A stretch of 64,000 nucleotides of DNA from a candidate division FCPU426 bacterium (lineage in GTDB: Bacteria; Oederibacteriota; Muellerivitia; Muellerivitales; Muellerivitaceae). Within the stretch, counting starts at the first letter, position 1. Each line of letters begins with the position of its first letter. The stretch spans positions 192,001 through 256,000 of the forward strand of contig CAVYSE010000028.1 of NCBI GenBank assembly GCA_963771075.1, in the 5' to 3' direction. Positions 1 through 9,937 of this stretch are shown here, in pieces. A program made the translations under genes and the position numbers. The notes beneath the pieces are model-generated. The model was not told the origin of the DNA, ran no database searches, and saw only the letters and a program-made list of their open reading frames with translations.

Positions 1-731
1 CCGGCTTCCCACGCCCAGGTCCTCGCAGGCGGTGATCTGCACATGGTCCACGTAGCGGCGGTCCCAGATGGGCTCAAAGATGGAATTGGCGAAGCGCATC
101 ACCAGGAGGTTCTGCACCGTTTCCTTTCCCAGGTAATGGTCGATGCGGTAGATCTGGTGTTCCTGGAAAGCTTCCTTGACCTGCCGGTTGAGTTCCTGCG
201 CCGTGGTAGGTCCCGGCCGAATGGCTTCTCGATGACCACCCGGGCATAGCCCTTCTCTTCCTTACTCAAACCCGCGCCCTTGAGATTCGTGATGATGTCC
301 TTGAAGACGTTGGGAGGGGTCGAGAGATAAAAGATGCGGTTTCCCTGGGTGCCGTTCTTGGCGTCCAGTTCATTCAAGAGGCCCGCTAGGGCGGTGAAGG
401 CCGAGGGGTCGTCATAGGCCCCCGCCAAGTAATGGAAATTCTGGGAAAAGCTGTCAAAGAGGGCGTCTGAAAGTCCGGGCTCAGCCTCCTTTAAGAAGTC
501 TTTCAAGCGGTTCCGGAATTCCTCATCTTTGAGCTTGGAGCGGGAAATCCCAACTAGGTTGAAGGAAGCCGGAAGCTGGTGTCGGCGGTAAAGGTCAAAG
601 AGGGCGGGAACAAGCTTCCGCTGGGTCAAGTCCCCGGAGGCACCGAAAATGACCAGGGTGCAGGGGACCGGCACCCGGTCGGCAAAGAGTCCTTCACGCA
701 AGGGGTTTTCCAAGGATGAGCCAGCGGGCAT
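1..731 (-). CDS. zwf: Glucose-6-phosphate 1-dehydrogenase (runs off the window; 1-nt frameshift near 204-208)
   Basis: [17 protein letters not shown]-binding motif, RIFYLSTPP and VIEKPFGRD. After a frame change the sequence reads [37 protein letters not shown], the catalytic signature. Confidence 0.95.
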
Positions 732-872
732 GTGAAACCTCGGGGAAATGGAATTGGAATGGGCATTACCTTAACGATGGCGAGGGAGGTTTTCAATCCG
801 GGGAAAAAACATAACAAGGCCTTTACTTTGCCTGCTTTCCCGCCCCATCTTGGGGAAAGGGAGGATGGAACC

Positions 873-1759
873 ATGACTGACTGGGAAAAAAGGGTTCAGG
901 GCAATGCCGAGGGCAACTTTTTCGTCGATTCCACCTGCATCGACTGCAACACCTGCCGCCAGTTGGCCCCCGCGATTTTTGAGGACGGCGGGAATACTTC
1001 TTTTGTCCGGGTCCAGCCCCATACCCTCAGCGAGATCCGTTCCGCAACCCAGGCCCTCCTGGCCTGCCCCACAGGTTCCATCGGGACCCGGGGACCCAAC
1101 GGGACTTCCGAAATCCTCGCCGATTTTCCCCTTCCGATCGAAGAAGGAGTGTTTTACTGCGGATTTAATTCCTCGAAATCCTTCGGCGGAAACAGCTACT
1201 TTATTCAGCATCCCGAGGGTAACTGGCTGGTGGATCCCACCAAGTTCCTTCCCCACCTGGTCAAAAGCTTCCAGGAAATGGGCGGCTTAAGCTTTATTTT
1301 TCTCACCCATCGGGACGATGTAGTAGACGCCTCCCGTTAGGCCGAAAAATTCGGAGCCCAACGGATCATCCATAAGGAAGACCAAGACGTCCAACCAGGG
1401 CTGAAATCATCCTGCAAGGGGCGGATGTTTCAGAACCAATCCCCGCCTTCAAAATCATCCCTACCCCCGGCCATACCGAGGGCCATTGTGTCCTCCTCTA
1501 TAAGGACAAATTACTCTTCACGGGCGACCATCTCTGGTGGCGACGCAAGCGCCAGGACTTGGGCGCCTCTTCCAGCGTGGCGTGGTACTCCTGTAAGAAA
1601 CAAACCGAATCGATGGAAAAACTACTGGATTATGAATTCGAGTGGGTCTTGCCGGGACACGGCAAGAAGAAAAAGATGGAAAGACCGGTCATGCGGAATG
1701 AATTGGAAGAACTGGTGAAGCGGATGAAGGCTTCCATGGAGCCCGGCTGGGAAGATTAA
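873..1759 (+). pseudogene. Ferredoxin-domain MBL-fold metallo-hydrolase, disrupted by an in-frame TAG at 1338 and a frameshift near 1398-1400
   Basis: CIDCNTC..CP ferredoxin motif and THRDD before the stop; TPGHTEGH, FTGDHL and VLPGHG continue in the shifted frame to TAA 1759. SD GGGAGG precedes ATG 873. The disruptions may be sequencing errors. Confidence 0.8.
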
Positions 1760-1790
1760 AACCTGTTTGAGTTATGTTAAAATCTCTCCC

Positions 1791-3863
1791 ATGTCCCCGT
1801 CCCAGGCTTCCTCCCCATCCCACCGGCTTCAAATTTCCTACAACCCCTGGATTTACACCTTCCTGTTCGTTGTCTCGAATATCCTTCTTTCTTATTTCCA
1901 CTTCTCCCTCTCCATCAAACTCTGGATTGGAATTTTCGGATTAGGCTTGCCCTTTTTCTTGGCGCTGTGGACTCTCCATGAAAACGGAAAGCTTTTCAAC
2001 ACCCCGGGCATGGGCGGAAAATCCCTATCCAAAACCAATTCTTCCAACGAAAACCCGCCCCTTTGGCTCTGGGGCCTTTTTATTTTCCTTCTGCTCGCGA
2101 TTAGGTTTTACAAACTGACCTCCCTGCCCTATTGGTCCATCGGGGACGAGGGTATCGTTGCTTTTTTACCCATGAAGCAATTGGATGAATGGCATTGGGA
2201 TCTTTTATGGACACCCGCCCGACTTGAGCCCCTCTTTTTTTGGCTGTTGGGAATTTATTTCAAAGCCATATGGCCTTCTTTTTTCTCAATCCGTTTTTTC
2301 CCTTTAATCGTTTCTCTCGCGACCTCCCTGTCCCTCTATTGGGCGGCGCGCCAGTACTTTCCCCGAAAAACATCCTTCCTGATCTGCTGGTTCTTCAGTT
2401 TTTCTTTCGGGGGGATGTTTTTATCCCGTTATTGTTTGCCCATCATTCTGCTTCCTCTTTTCCTGGCTTGCGGGTCGGGCCTTCTCGGCCTCTATCAACA
2501 AAGCTCCTCACCAGCGGTTCAAAAGAGGATATTGGTCCTATTAGGCCTGATCGGCGGCATTGGTTTTTACACCTACCCCAGCTGGTTGATGGTGTGGGGC
2601 GTCCTTGGGATGGCTCTTTTATTCATGTCATGGGTCAAAAACCATGGCTCGAAAAGCGATTTTTTAATTTACGGCGCAATAAGTTCCCTCCTCGCTTTAC
2701 CCCTGGTCCTGGCACGAATGGCGCCGGGGGGAATGGTTCTTATCCAGGGATATTTTTCAGGGTTCTCGGCCCTTAAATATTTTTTTCTCTACCTCATCGC
2801 CGTCTTTTGGGATGGTCAGGAAAGTTTTCCTTACGGCCCCATATGGGGCGGCTGCCTCGACCCTGTGACCGCCTCCCTTGTTTTCATCGGCCTATTCGCG
2901 GCCATCCAAAAATTCGGAAAGGCCGCATCCATCTTTATTTTATTTTCCCTATTTTCTTGGATGATTCCAGGGGCCATGACCAACAACATCGAAATATGCA
3001 GGGTCCTACCCGTCTTGATGGGGTTATGTGTCTTGATGGCTCTAGGCCTTCAAAGCCTGGTGGCCTTCAACCCGGCCCCGGTAAGCAAGGTTTCTATTTA
3101 TATCCTTCTCTTTTTATCTTTGGGTCTGAGTCTTTTTCATTACTTTGGTCCCTTTTGCGATCCCGCCCAGGCTTCCACGACCCAACAATGGAGATCCCCC
3201 AAATATTCCCAGATCTACCAAATCCTCAATCAAAAAAGCCAGGAAAGGAGCTCCCTCTTCGTTTTCTCGGAATTCAACATGGATTATTTCAATAAGACCC
3301 TGGAGGTGGCGGATTTCTCTTTCAACGCGCTTCAAAACCTACGCCTTCCGAGAAATAAAGTTCAATGGGCGGCTCTGCTGGTCTCAACGGATGATGGGCC
3401 TTTTCTAAAAAAACAATTCCCCCATCTTGAATCCATCCCCTTAAACGACGGACTGCCGGCTTCCCTGGGTTTATTTTTAATTCCCCTTGCCGATTTCCCG
3501 CCGTCAACCCTTGCGGCCTGGATCAGAATGGACCGGTTTTGCAGCGGTCTCTCCCAGATAATTATCAACCGGCACCCCTACAGTTCCCTCGGGCAATTCG
3601 CCGAATTGTTAAAACCCCTTGAGCCTCAATTCAACGCCGACCCTTTATTAGCCTGTTTCTGCTGGGAAAAAATCGCCTTCTTAAAAGGCGGGGGGGGCGA
3701 TTATTCCGGCGCTATCAGGGCTTACCAGAAGGCCCTCCAGAAGGGGTTCCCCGCCCCTCACCTTTATTACCACCTCGGACAGATGTTCGAGTTGACGGGG
3801 AACAAGGCGAAAGCAGATCAGGCCTTCCAGAAATTTAACAGGACCTCAAGTCATAAGGATTAA
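1791..3863 (+). CDS. GT-C fold (ArnT/PMT-like) glycosyltransferase with C-terminal TPR, paralog 1
   Basis: Multi-TM protein with the RFYKLTSLPYWSIGDEG acidic loop, YGPIWGG..DP and a C-terminal TPR. Motifs are shared with the genes at 29753, 36084 and 57059. Confidence 0.8.
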   Translation: MSPSQASSPSHRLQISYNPWIYTFLFVVSNILLSYFHFSLSIKLWIGIFGLGLPFFLALWTLHENGKLFNTPGMGGKSLSKTNSSNENPPLWLWGLFIFLLLAIRFYKLTSLPYWSIGDEGIVAFLPMKQLDEWHWDLLWTPARLEPLFFWLLGIYFKAIWPSFFSIRFFPLIVSLATSLSLYWAARQYFPRKTSFLICWFFSFSFGGMFLSRYCLPIILLPLFLACGSGLLGLYQQSSSPAVQKRILVLLGLIGGIGFYTYPSWLMVWGVLGMALLFMSWVKNHGSKSDFLIYGAISSLLALPLVLARMAPGGMVLIQGYFSGFSALKYFFLYLIAVFWDGQESFPYGPIWGGCLDPVTASLVFIGLFAAIQKFGKAASIFILFSLFSWMIPGAMTNNIEICRVLPVLMGLCVLMALGLQSLVAFNPAPVSKVSIYILLFLSLGLSLFHYFGPFCDPAQASTTQQWRSPKYSQIYQILNQKSQERSSLFVFSEFNMDYFNKTLEVADFSFNALQNLRLPRNKVQWAALLVSTDDGPFLKKQFPHLESIPLNDGLPASLGLFLIPLADFPPSTLAAWIRMDRFCSGLSQIIINRHPYSSLGQFAELLKPLEPQFNADPLLACFCWEKIAFLKGGGGDYSGAIRAYQKALQKGFPAPHLYYHLGQMFELTGNKAKADQAFQKFNRTSSHKD

Positions 3864-3945
3864 TTCATCACGCGGCCTAAAGGGGCCTGAGGATTCACCG
3901 GGGCCTTCATTGTTTTTCACTCCTTACATCCCTATGATTCTTTAA

Positions 3946-4671
3946 ATGTCGCCATCCAGGGGAGTTCCTTTGAAAACTTACGAATTCGATCAATTGAACC
4001 ACCGGTTTTCCACCGAAAATCCAACTGTCCTCATTGAATGGGCCGCCGGGGAATTCGGGGACAAACTGGCCATGGCGACCTCCTTCGGCGCCGAAAGCGC
4101 CGTTCTTTTACATTTAGTGACCCGAGTCGTGCCGGAAATTCCCGTTCTTTTCACCAACACCGGTTTTCATTTCAAGGAAACCCTGGAGCACCGGGACCGC
4201 CTGGTTTCCATGTTAAAATTGAACCTGATCGAATTTAAACCTGATACGCCCACTGAGGAATTCCTCGCTCAGAATGGGAAACTTTACGAACGCGACCCCG
4301 ACGCCTGCTGTGACGTGAACAAGATCGCGCCCTTTGAGAAGGGCTTACGTGTTTACGACGGATGGATTACGGGAGTGCGCCGCAACCAGGCCCAAACCCG
4401 GAAAGCCCTTCCCTTTGTGCAGCGGGACCGGGAAACCAAGGTCAAGATCTGCCCCCTGCTTGAATGGAACAGCAAAAAACTCTGGGAATACGCCAAAGCC
4501 AATGGCCTTCCCTACCATCCCCTATGGGAAAAGGGTTATCTTTCCATCGGTTGTTCCCCGGAAGTCTGTACACGCCCGGTCTTGGCCGGGGAGAACCCCC
4601 GCGCCGGCCGTTGGTCGGGCAAAAACAAGGTTGAGTGCGGAATACATGTTTCCGACCCCCCCACGAAATAA
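3946..4671 (+). CDS. cysH: APS/PAPS reductase with Fe-S-type cysteine ligands
   Basis: TSFG, NTGFHF, ACCDVNK, WITGVRR, GYLSIGC..CT, RAGRW and ECGIH motifs. Confidence 0.92.
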   Translation: MSPSRGVPLKTYEFDQLNHRFSTENPTVLIEWAAGEFGDKLAMATSFGAESAVLLHLVTRVVPEIPVLFTNTGFHFKETLEHRDRLVSMLKLNLIEFKPDTPTEEFLAQNGKLYERDPDACCDVNKIAPFEKGLRVYDGWITGVRRNQAQTRKALPFVQRDRETKVKICPLLEWNSKKLWEYAKANGLPYHPLWEKGYLSIGCSPEVCTRPVLAGENPRAGRWSGKNKVECGIHVSDPPTK

Positions 4672-4783
4672 ATATTTTCTTTAGATTGGTGTATTTCTTC
4701 TCTTTCTCGTCTCAACTTTTGATAGGGCTCACCCGTCCTAATATCAATATTCGTTTTTTTATCTCAATTTCCCGAGGAACGGA

Positions 4784-5692
4784 ATGAACAGAAAAAAAAC
4801 AGGCTTTCGAATGTTGTTCGTGATTCTCATGTCCTTCTTGGTGATCCTTCCCCTATGGGCCGCGACGGGCGAGGACAACGAAGGAGACGATTCTCTACTG
4901 GAGACCCCCTTCAAACCCTACTGGGAGAATGAGTTTCAACTTAGTTATGCCAGCCAGCAGGCGGGCCAGCTGACGACCTCCCTCTGCTACACCGGCACCC
5001 AGCATTTCAATGAAGGGGGAAATTCCCTTTCAGTGGAAGGCGTCATCCAAGGGCAAAAGATCGAGGGCGCCCGATCCAACGTCGATATCCTGACGACCGA
5101 GGGAGGATTGGGAATAGGGTCTTTCACCCCCTCCCTTTCCGTCGGGTTTGAATTAGGCGACAGCAATTGGCGCCAGATCGACAGCACCCTGAGCCTTTGG
5201 TTTCAAGTCATCGACCCCCTTTCCATCAGCTATACCTTGGGTGGCACGATTGGCCACCACCAGGGTGACGTGACGGGTTACTTCCCATCCTCGGTTCAAA
5301 CCGCGTTGCTGGCCCTGACCTCCGGCCAGCCGGTCACGGGCCAAATCGATACCGCCAGCTTGAACACTTCCTTGGGGTTTACGGTGGACGCCTGCGAATG
5401 GTGGACCATCACTCCCACCCTGGCCTATGACTACGAGTACACCTACCAAGTCCAATGGCCCAAGCTGAAGGAACCCATCAACCAGTCGGACAAAAGCGCG
5501 ACCTTCACCTTGGCGCTCGATTTCACCCTTTTCAAAGGATTGATCTTGGACCTGGCGCCCCAAGTGGGACAAGAATACACGCCAGCGGGAACCTATTACA
5601 GCAAACTCGCCGGCGGTTTCGTCAATTCCACGAATTCCTCCGCACAAAATTTCACGGGCGGGACCCTATCCGTTTCTTATAGTTTCGAGTAA
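4784..5692 (+). CDS. Putative outer-membrane beta-barrel protein
   Basis: Signal peptide, alternating beta-strand pattern, C-terminus LSVSYSFE. Paralogous to the next gene. Confidence 0.7.
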   Translation: MNRKKTGFRMLFVILMSFLVILPLWAATGEDNEGDDSLLETPFKPYWENEFQLSYASQQAGQLTTSLCYTGTQHFNEGGNSLSVEGVIQGQKIEGARSNVDILTTEGGLGIGSFTPSLSVGFELGDSNWRQIDSTLSLWFQVIDPLSISYTLGGTIGHHQGDVTGYFPSSVQTALLALTSGQPVTGQIDTASLNTSLGFTVDACEWWTITPTLAYDYEYTYQVQWPKLKEPINQSDKSATFTLALDFTLFKGLILDLAPQVGQEYTPAGTYYSKLAGGFVNSTNSSAQNFTGGTLSVSYSFE

Positions 5693-5730
5693 TTTAAGGC
5701 CGAACAATCCATTTTTTTCTTGAGGGTTCC

Positions 5731-6693
5731 ATGAAATGCTTAAAGGGGATAGCCGGTTGGATATGGGTCTGTTTGTTGTTTCAATCCTCCCTGATGGCCA
5801 AGGAACCGCCCAGTCCCACCCCTTCCCCGATGCCAGCGGCGGTCACTGACACGGCGGTGACCGTGGAGAATGCTTCCACCGCTGAAACCCTTTCAGGGAA
5901 CCTCACTTCGTCCGACGACGAGGACAATCCCTTCGTTCCCCACTGGACCGGCCAGTTGGGTTTCACCTATTCCAACCAACCCAACAGTTCGGGCCAGGGA
6001 CAGGTCGAGAAACAATTTAGCCTGACGGGCACCTATAACTTCACCGAAAGCGGCCACTACATGTCCCTGGGGCTGACGGGAGGGCAGCAATTAGTCGAGG
6101 GGGCCAATACCAATTTCGGGGAAGTGAGCCTGGAAGGCGGATTAGGCTGGGGTTTCTTCAACCCCGCGTTGGAACTGAGCACCCAGCAAGGCGCCGCCGC
6201 CTTGAATGAATATGGCTCCACCCTGACCCTGAATTTCAAACCGATCGATATCCTGACCCTCGGTTTGATCGGCGGGGGCGGCTTGCAAAGCCACCAGGGG
6301 CCCCCTCCCACGATCAGCACGGACAAGATCGACGAGATCGACGAGTACAGCTATACCGGCGAGTTCCAAGTGTCCGTGGAAACTGCCGATTTCCTTACCC
6401 TTTCATTGACCGCGCAGGATGAGTGGGACACAACCTACCAATGGCAAAACGTCACCCACGATTCCGTTCATCCATTGAAGAATGAAATAGACCAAATGCC
6501 ATCCCTCACTTTGGGGATTGACACGGCCTTTTTGAAGAGCTACGAGGTGGAACTGGACCTGCAGTACGGGAAAGAATATGAACCGGCGGGGCTTTTCTAT
6601 TCTCCCAAAAAAGCCAAGTTCATCTATAACCCCGCGCCCGTGGAACAGGATTTTCAGGGAATCAGCCTGGCGCTCAATTACAACTTCGAGTGA
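5731..6693 (+). CDS. Putative outer-membrane beta-barrel protein (tandem paralog)
   Basis: Signal peptide, NPFVPHW vs TPFKPYW in the upstream gene, EGGLG.G.F.P motif, C-terminus LALNYNFE. Confidence 0.7.
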   Translation: MKCLKGIAGWIWVCLLFQSSLMAKEPPSPTPSPMPAAVTDTAVTVENASTAETLSGNLTSSDDEDNPFVPHWTGQLGFTYSNQPNSSGQGQVEKQFSLTGTYNFTESGHYMSLGLTGGQQLVEGANTNFGEVSLEGGLGWGFFNPALELSTQQGAAALNEYGSTLTLNFKPIDILTLGLIGGGGLQSHQGPPPTISTDKIDEIDEYSYTGEFQVSVETADFLTLSLTAQDEWDTTYQWQNVTHDSVHPLKNEIDQMPSLTLGIDTAFLKSYEVELDLQYGKEYEPAGLFYSPKKAKFIYNPAPVEQDFQGISLALNYNFE

Positions 6694-6780
6694 ATCACAA
6701 AAGCCATTTCACCGCGAAAACGCGAAGTAAAAAGCCTAAAAGATTCAACCGACCTAGCCGGGGATTTCAACACGGCGACT

Positions 6781-7275
6781 TTAAAAACGCAGGGCCAGCC
6801 GCACGCCAGCGCCGTCACCCCGGTTTCCCATAGCCTGAACGCCCAACTCAGGCTGTCCCAATGCCTCCAGGGTCAAGAGGGTAAAGGCATGGGTGCCCAG
6901 GGCGATCCAGGCCCTGTTTCGACTGGGCGGATCGCTCGAGGTTAGGACCATGACGGCTGGATAAACGGTTTTGGCGATACCGGCCGCGTTGATAAGAAAA
7001 AGTCCCGTGTAATCGGGGGAAAAGGCCATCCATCCCCATCCCAGGGCATCGACCCCCGCCGTGGAATAACCGAAAACCGTGGATCCATCCTCAAAGATCT
7101 CGGTATAGGACCAGGCATAATAATCCGCCAGAATGAAAGGCACCGTGATGGCTTCGTTTCCGGCCCGGGCTTTTTCAGTACCGGCGGTCAAGATTAGCGC
7201 CGCCAATCCGGACACCAAAAGAGTGAAGATCGCGGATCTTCTTCGTGACAAACCCTTAAACCGCTTGCTGGGCAT
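6781..7275 (-). CDS. Hypothetical exported/membrane protein
   Basis: Signal-like N-terminus, hydrophobic segments, C-terminus VRLALRF. Overlaps the upstream gene by 20 nt. Confidence 0.6.
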   Translation of the reverse strand: MPSKRFKGLSRRRSAIFTLLVSGLAALILTAGTEKARAGNEAITVPFILADYYAWSYTEIFEDGSTVFGYSTAGVDALGWGWMAFSPDYTGLFLINAAGIAKTVYPAVMVLTSSDPPSRNRAWIALGTHAFTLLTLEALGQPELGVQAMGNRGDGAGVRLALRF

Positions 7276-7927
7276 GATGTTTCTTTCGGCGTTTGAGAGG
7301 CGGGGGTGTCGGACTCGGGGTGGGCGTGACGGTCGGGGTGGGGGTTACCGTGGCGGTCGCGGTGGGCGTGACCGTGGCTTGGGGAGTGGGCGTGATCCAG
7401 ACGAACCCGGTGGGAATATTGGTGTTGGGATAGATATAAACGTAAACAGGCACTTGAACAAGGGCCTGGGGATCGCAGGGGGGGCCATCCGTATAGAGAA
7501 TGTTCAAAATGGAAATGTTGTAGCAGTCAGAGACCATTTCGTCCCCGTAGGGAATAACGTGCTGGCAGGAGTTAATAACCGGAAGCATGGTGAAAAGAAC
7601 CGTCTGGGTATTCCAATCGATCAGGGGCTCACCATTACTGGCGAGGGGCATACCCGGCTCTAGTTGTGGGTTAATCTGGCTCCACCAATAATCAAAATTA
7701 GCTTGATCATTCACCTTGGCGTTACCCACTGCCAGGATGGAGGAGGGCATGCTGGCGGTGGCTCGGATCAACCGGTGCGGGATCGCGTGAAGATCGCACT
7801 TGTCCAGGGGACTACGGCCATACTGTTCCACCTGGCCAGGGGCGTAAACGGGCACATCCTGGTCAATGGAAACGCACCCCACCCAAAGCGATCCTACGGC
7901 CGCCAATGCTAAGATCCACTTTTTCAT
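7256..7927 (-). CDS. Hypothetical lipoprotein with Thr/Pro-rich tail
   Basis: MKKWILALAAVGSLWVGC lipobox and TPTPTVTPT repeats. ATGA overlap with the upstream stop. Confidence 0.75.
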   Translation of the reverse strand: MKKWILALAAVGSLWVGCVSIDQDVPVYAPGQVEQYGRSPLDKCDLHAIPHRLIRATASMPSSILAVGNAKVNDQANFDYWWSQINPQLEPGMPLASNGEPLIDWNTQTVLFTMLPVINSCQHVIPYGDEMVSDCYNISILNILYTDGPPCDPQALVQVPVYVYIYPNTNIPTGFVWITPTPQATVTPTATATVTPTPTVTPTPSPTPPPLKRRKKHHAQQAV

Positions 7928-9456
7928 CCCCGTCCTTTCGAATCTTTCACGGTATGGGCATCCCAAACCACCATCTTACCCTTCACCACCGCCCATTCCA
8001 CCTCCGCCGTATGGGACCATTGGATCGCCAACCGGCGGGCGACCCCCGCCAATTCAAAAAGCGGATAGCCCCTCAAGGGAAAGCTTGGGGGAAAATATCC
8101 CAGGGGGTTGGGTTGGAGGCTTAAATCCATGACAAGGGCTTTCCCTTCCGGCGAAAGGTTGGCTTTGAGTTGGACCAAGCCTAACCCCCTTCCCTTCGGG
8201 GGAAATCCCCGGCAGACTCCCGAAGCGCTTATCCTCTGTGCCTTTTGGACGATCCAGGAACGATTTTGTGTCCTTTTCAAGGTGCGCTTGACCTGCTCCA
8301 GGGTTTGGGTCTTCAAAACCCGCAGGGAAACTCCCGGGCCCTCGGAGGGTCTTACCCAAAAGGGCCCACCCCCCAGGTCCTTCAGGGCCCTTGTCCAGGC
8401 TTTCTCCGACCATGGAAATTTTTCCCCTCCGCACAAAAAACCCGGAGCCGTATCCACGCCCAGCGCCAGTATCTCGCTCATTCGTTCCGCCAGGCGTCCG
8501 TAAGGCCTTTCCCTTCCCTCGGTCAGGTCCAGCAGCCACACCAAGGGCGGATGGAGGGAATGGCGGTAAACCCTGGCAAGGCTCTCGAACCGGGGGGCAG
8601 CCCAGGCGCTGGAAAGCGCCAGCAGTCCCCCGCTGATGAGGTCGGGAAAATAGTGGAATCCCAGGAATAGGGTTGAAAGCCAGATGGCCAAGGCCAGGGG
8701 AAGACCCCAAACCATGGACCGGCGGTCATGCCGGAATTGCCAGGCGACCAGATATCCGGAAAGCGCCCCATGCAGGCTGGGAAAAACGTCGAATCGTGAT
8801 CCCATCCGATCAATCAATCCCTCGGCCGTTTGAAAGATCCAACCTCCCTGGAGCCAGGTCCAATCCTGGGGGTAGGCGAAGCGCGGACCAATCGCGGGAA
8901 ACAGGATATAGCCCAGGAAACCGCCGACATAGACCAGGGTCAACCCCAGCATGAATCGCTGGTAAAGCGCGCGCCTCAGCCAGCTGTGGTAAAAGATCAG
9001 CCCGATCAACCAGGCGAAAAGGGCCAGGTAGCACAGGCTGAAAAGATCCGTGAGGTGGGGGTGGCCGAAGAGGCCCCTTTCCCAAAAGGAAGGCCCCTTC
9101 CCAAGCAAACTTAAGTCCAGGCTCCTTAAATCCGCGTCAAAAAGCTTGGGATGAAGAACGGGCACCATCGGTTTCATCAATCCATAGCACAAAACCAGTC
9201 CCAACCAGGGGCTCACCCCCCGCACGAGGCTCCATCCCCCGAAGGGGGGCGGCCGCCGGATGGCAATCCAAAACATCCAAGTAGTCCATAGGAGAACATT
9301 GAAGGAGGCTTGAAGAAGGACTGCGGAGGCTCCCGGACGTTCCGCGAAAAAAGCCCCCAGCGCCAGCAGGTAAAAGACCCCGAAAAGGGCCGAGATCAGG
9401 AACTCACAGGGGGAAAAGGCCCAGAGGTTTTTACGCAGGCGCACCAGGAGCGGCAT
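7924..9456 (-). CDS. Aur1/Ipt1-like PAP2 lipid phosphotransferase fused to a degenerate PEP-synthase/PPDK ATP-grasp domain
   Basis: FPAIGP, DVFPSLH and GFHYFPD motifs in a TM domain. The C-terminal domain has GVDTAPGF, WVRPS, IVQK..SASGV and EVEWAV. Start set at ATG 9456, just after the VOC gene stop. Confidence 0.7.
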   Translation of the reverse strand: MPLLVRLRKNLWAFSPCEFLISALFGVFYLLALGAFFAERPGASAVLLQASFNVLLWTTWMFWIAIRRPPPFGGWSLVRGVSPWLGLVLCYGLMKPMVPVLHPKLFDADLRSLDLSLLGKGPSFWERGLFGHPHLTDLFSLCYLALFAWLIGLIFYHSWLRRALYQRFMLGLTLVYVGGFLGYILFPAIGPRFAYPQDWTWLQGGWIFQTAEGLIDRMGSRFDVFPSLHGALSGYLVAWQFRHDRRSMVWGLPLALAIWLSTLFLGFHYFPDLISGGLLALSSAWAAPRFESLARVYRHSLHPPLVWLLDLTEGRERPYGRLAERMSEILALGVDTAPGFLCGGEKFPWSEKAWTRALKDLGGGPFWVRPSEGPGVSLRVLKTQTLEQVKRTLKRTQNRSWIVQKAQRISASGVCRGFPPKGRGLGLVQLKANLSPEGKALVMDLSLQPNPLGYFPPSFPLRGYPLFELAGVARRLAIQWSHTAEVEWAVVKGKMVVWDAHTVKDSKGRG

Positions 9457-9461
9457 GGGGT

Positions 9462-9896
9462 TTAGGCCGGCCCGGGCTTTGGCATAAGGACATAGGCGAA
9501 TTCCAGCAGGTGTCCGTCCGGGTCCGACACCAGGCAATAGTAGCCCCTCATGTGGCCCCCATAATGCGCACCCTCGACCAGGCAGCCTTCCTCCTTGGCC
9601 TTGGCTCCTATCTCCTCCACGGGTTTCAGGTCGCCCAATCGAAAAGAGAGGAGGGGGACGAAGGGCTTGGTCGGGGCCGCCTTGACGACATTATCCTCTT
9701 TCAACACGATGAAGGGCGCCGTGGGATTCTCGGAGAACCTCAGCCAAACCCACCGGCCACCGTAATTGTCCTTCTGGTCCAGCACGGCGGCCATGCCCAG
9801 GTAATTGGAGTAAAAGTGAATGGAAAGATCGGCGTCCTTGACCCTCAGGAGGAGATGGTGCCACTCGGGAAAATGGGAGACGAACTCGATGCCCAA
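9462..9896 (-). CDS. VOC/glyoxalase family protein
   Basis: HHLLLRVKD..SIHFY..LG and SDPDGHLLEF motifs. Confidence 0.85.
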   Translation of the reverse strand: MGIEFVSHFPEWHHLLLRVKDADLSIHFYSNYLGMAAVLDQKDNYGGRWVWLRFSENPTAPFIVLKEDNVVKAAPTKPFVPLLSFRLGDLKPVEEIGAKAKEEGCLVEGAHYGGHMRGYYCLVSDPDGHLLEFAYVLMPKPGPA

Positions 9897-9937
9897 GGAA
9901 ACACCCTTTCGCGATTAAAAAGTGGACTTGCCCACCC

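Noticed and set aside
1338..1340. In-frame TAG as stop-codon recoding or pyrrolysine
   Set aside because: TAG ends many normal genes here, no pyl genes are visible, and frameshifts lie nearby. Error or decay is the simpler explanation.
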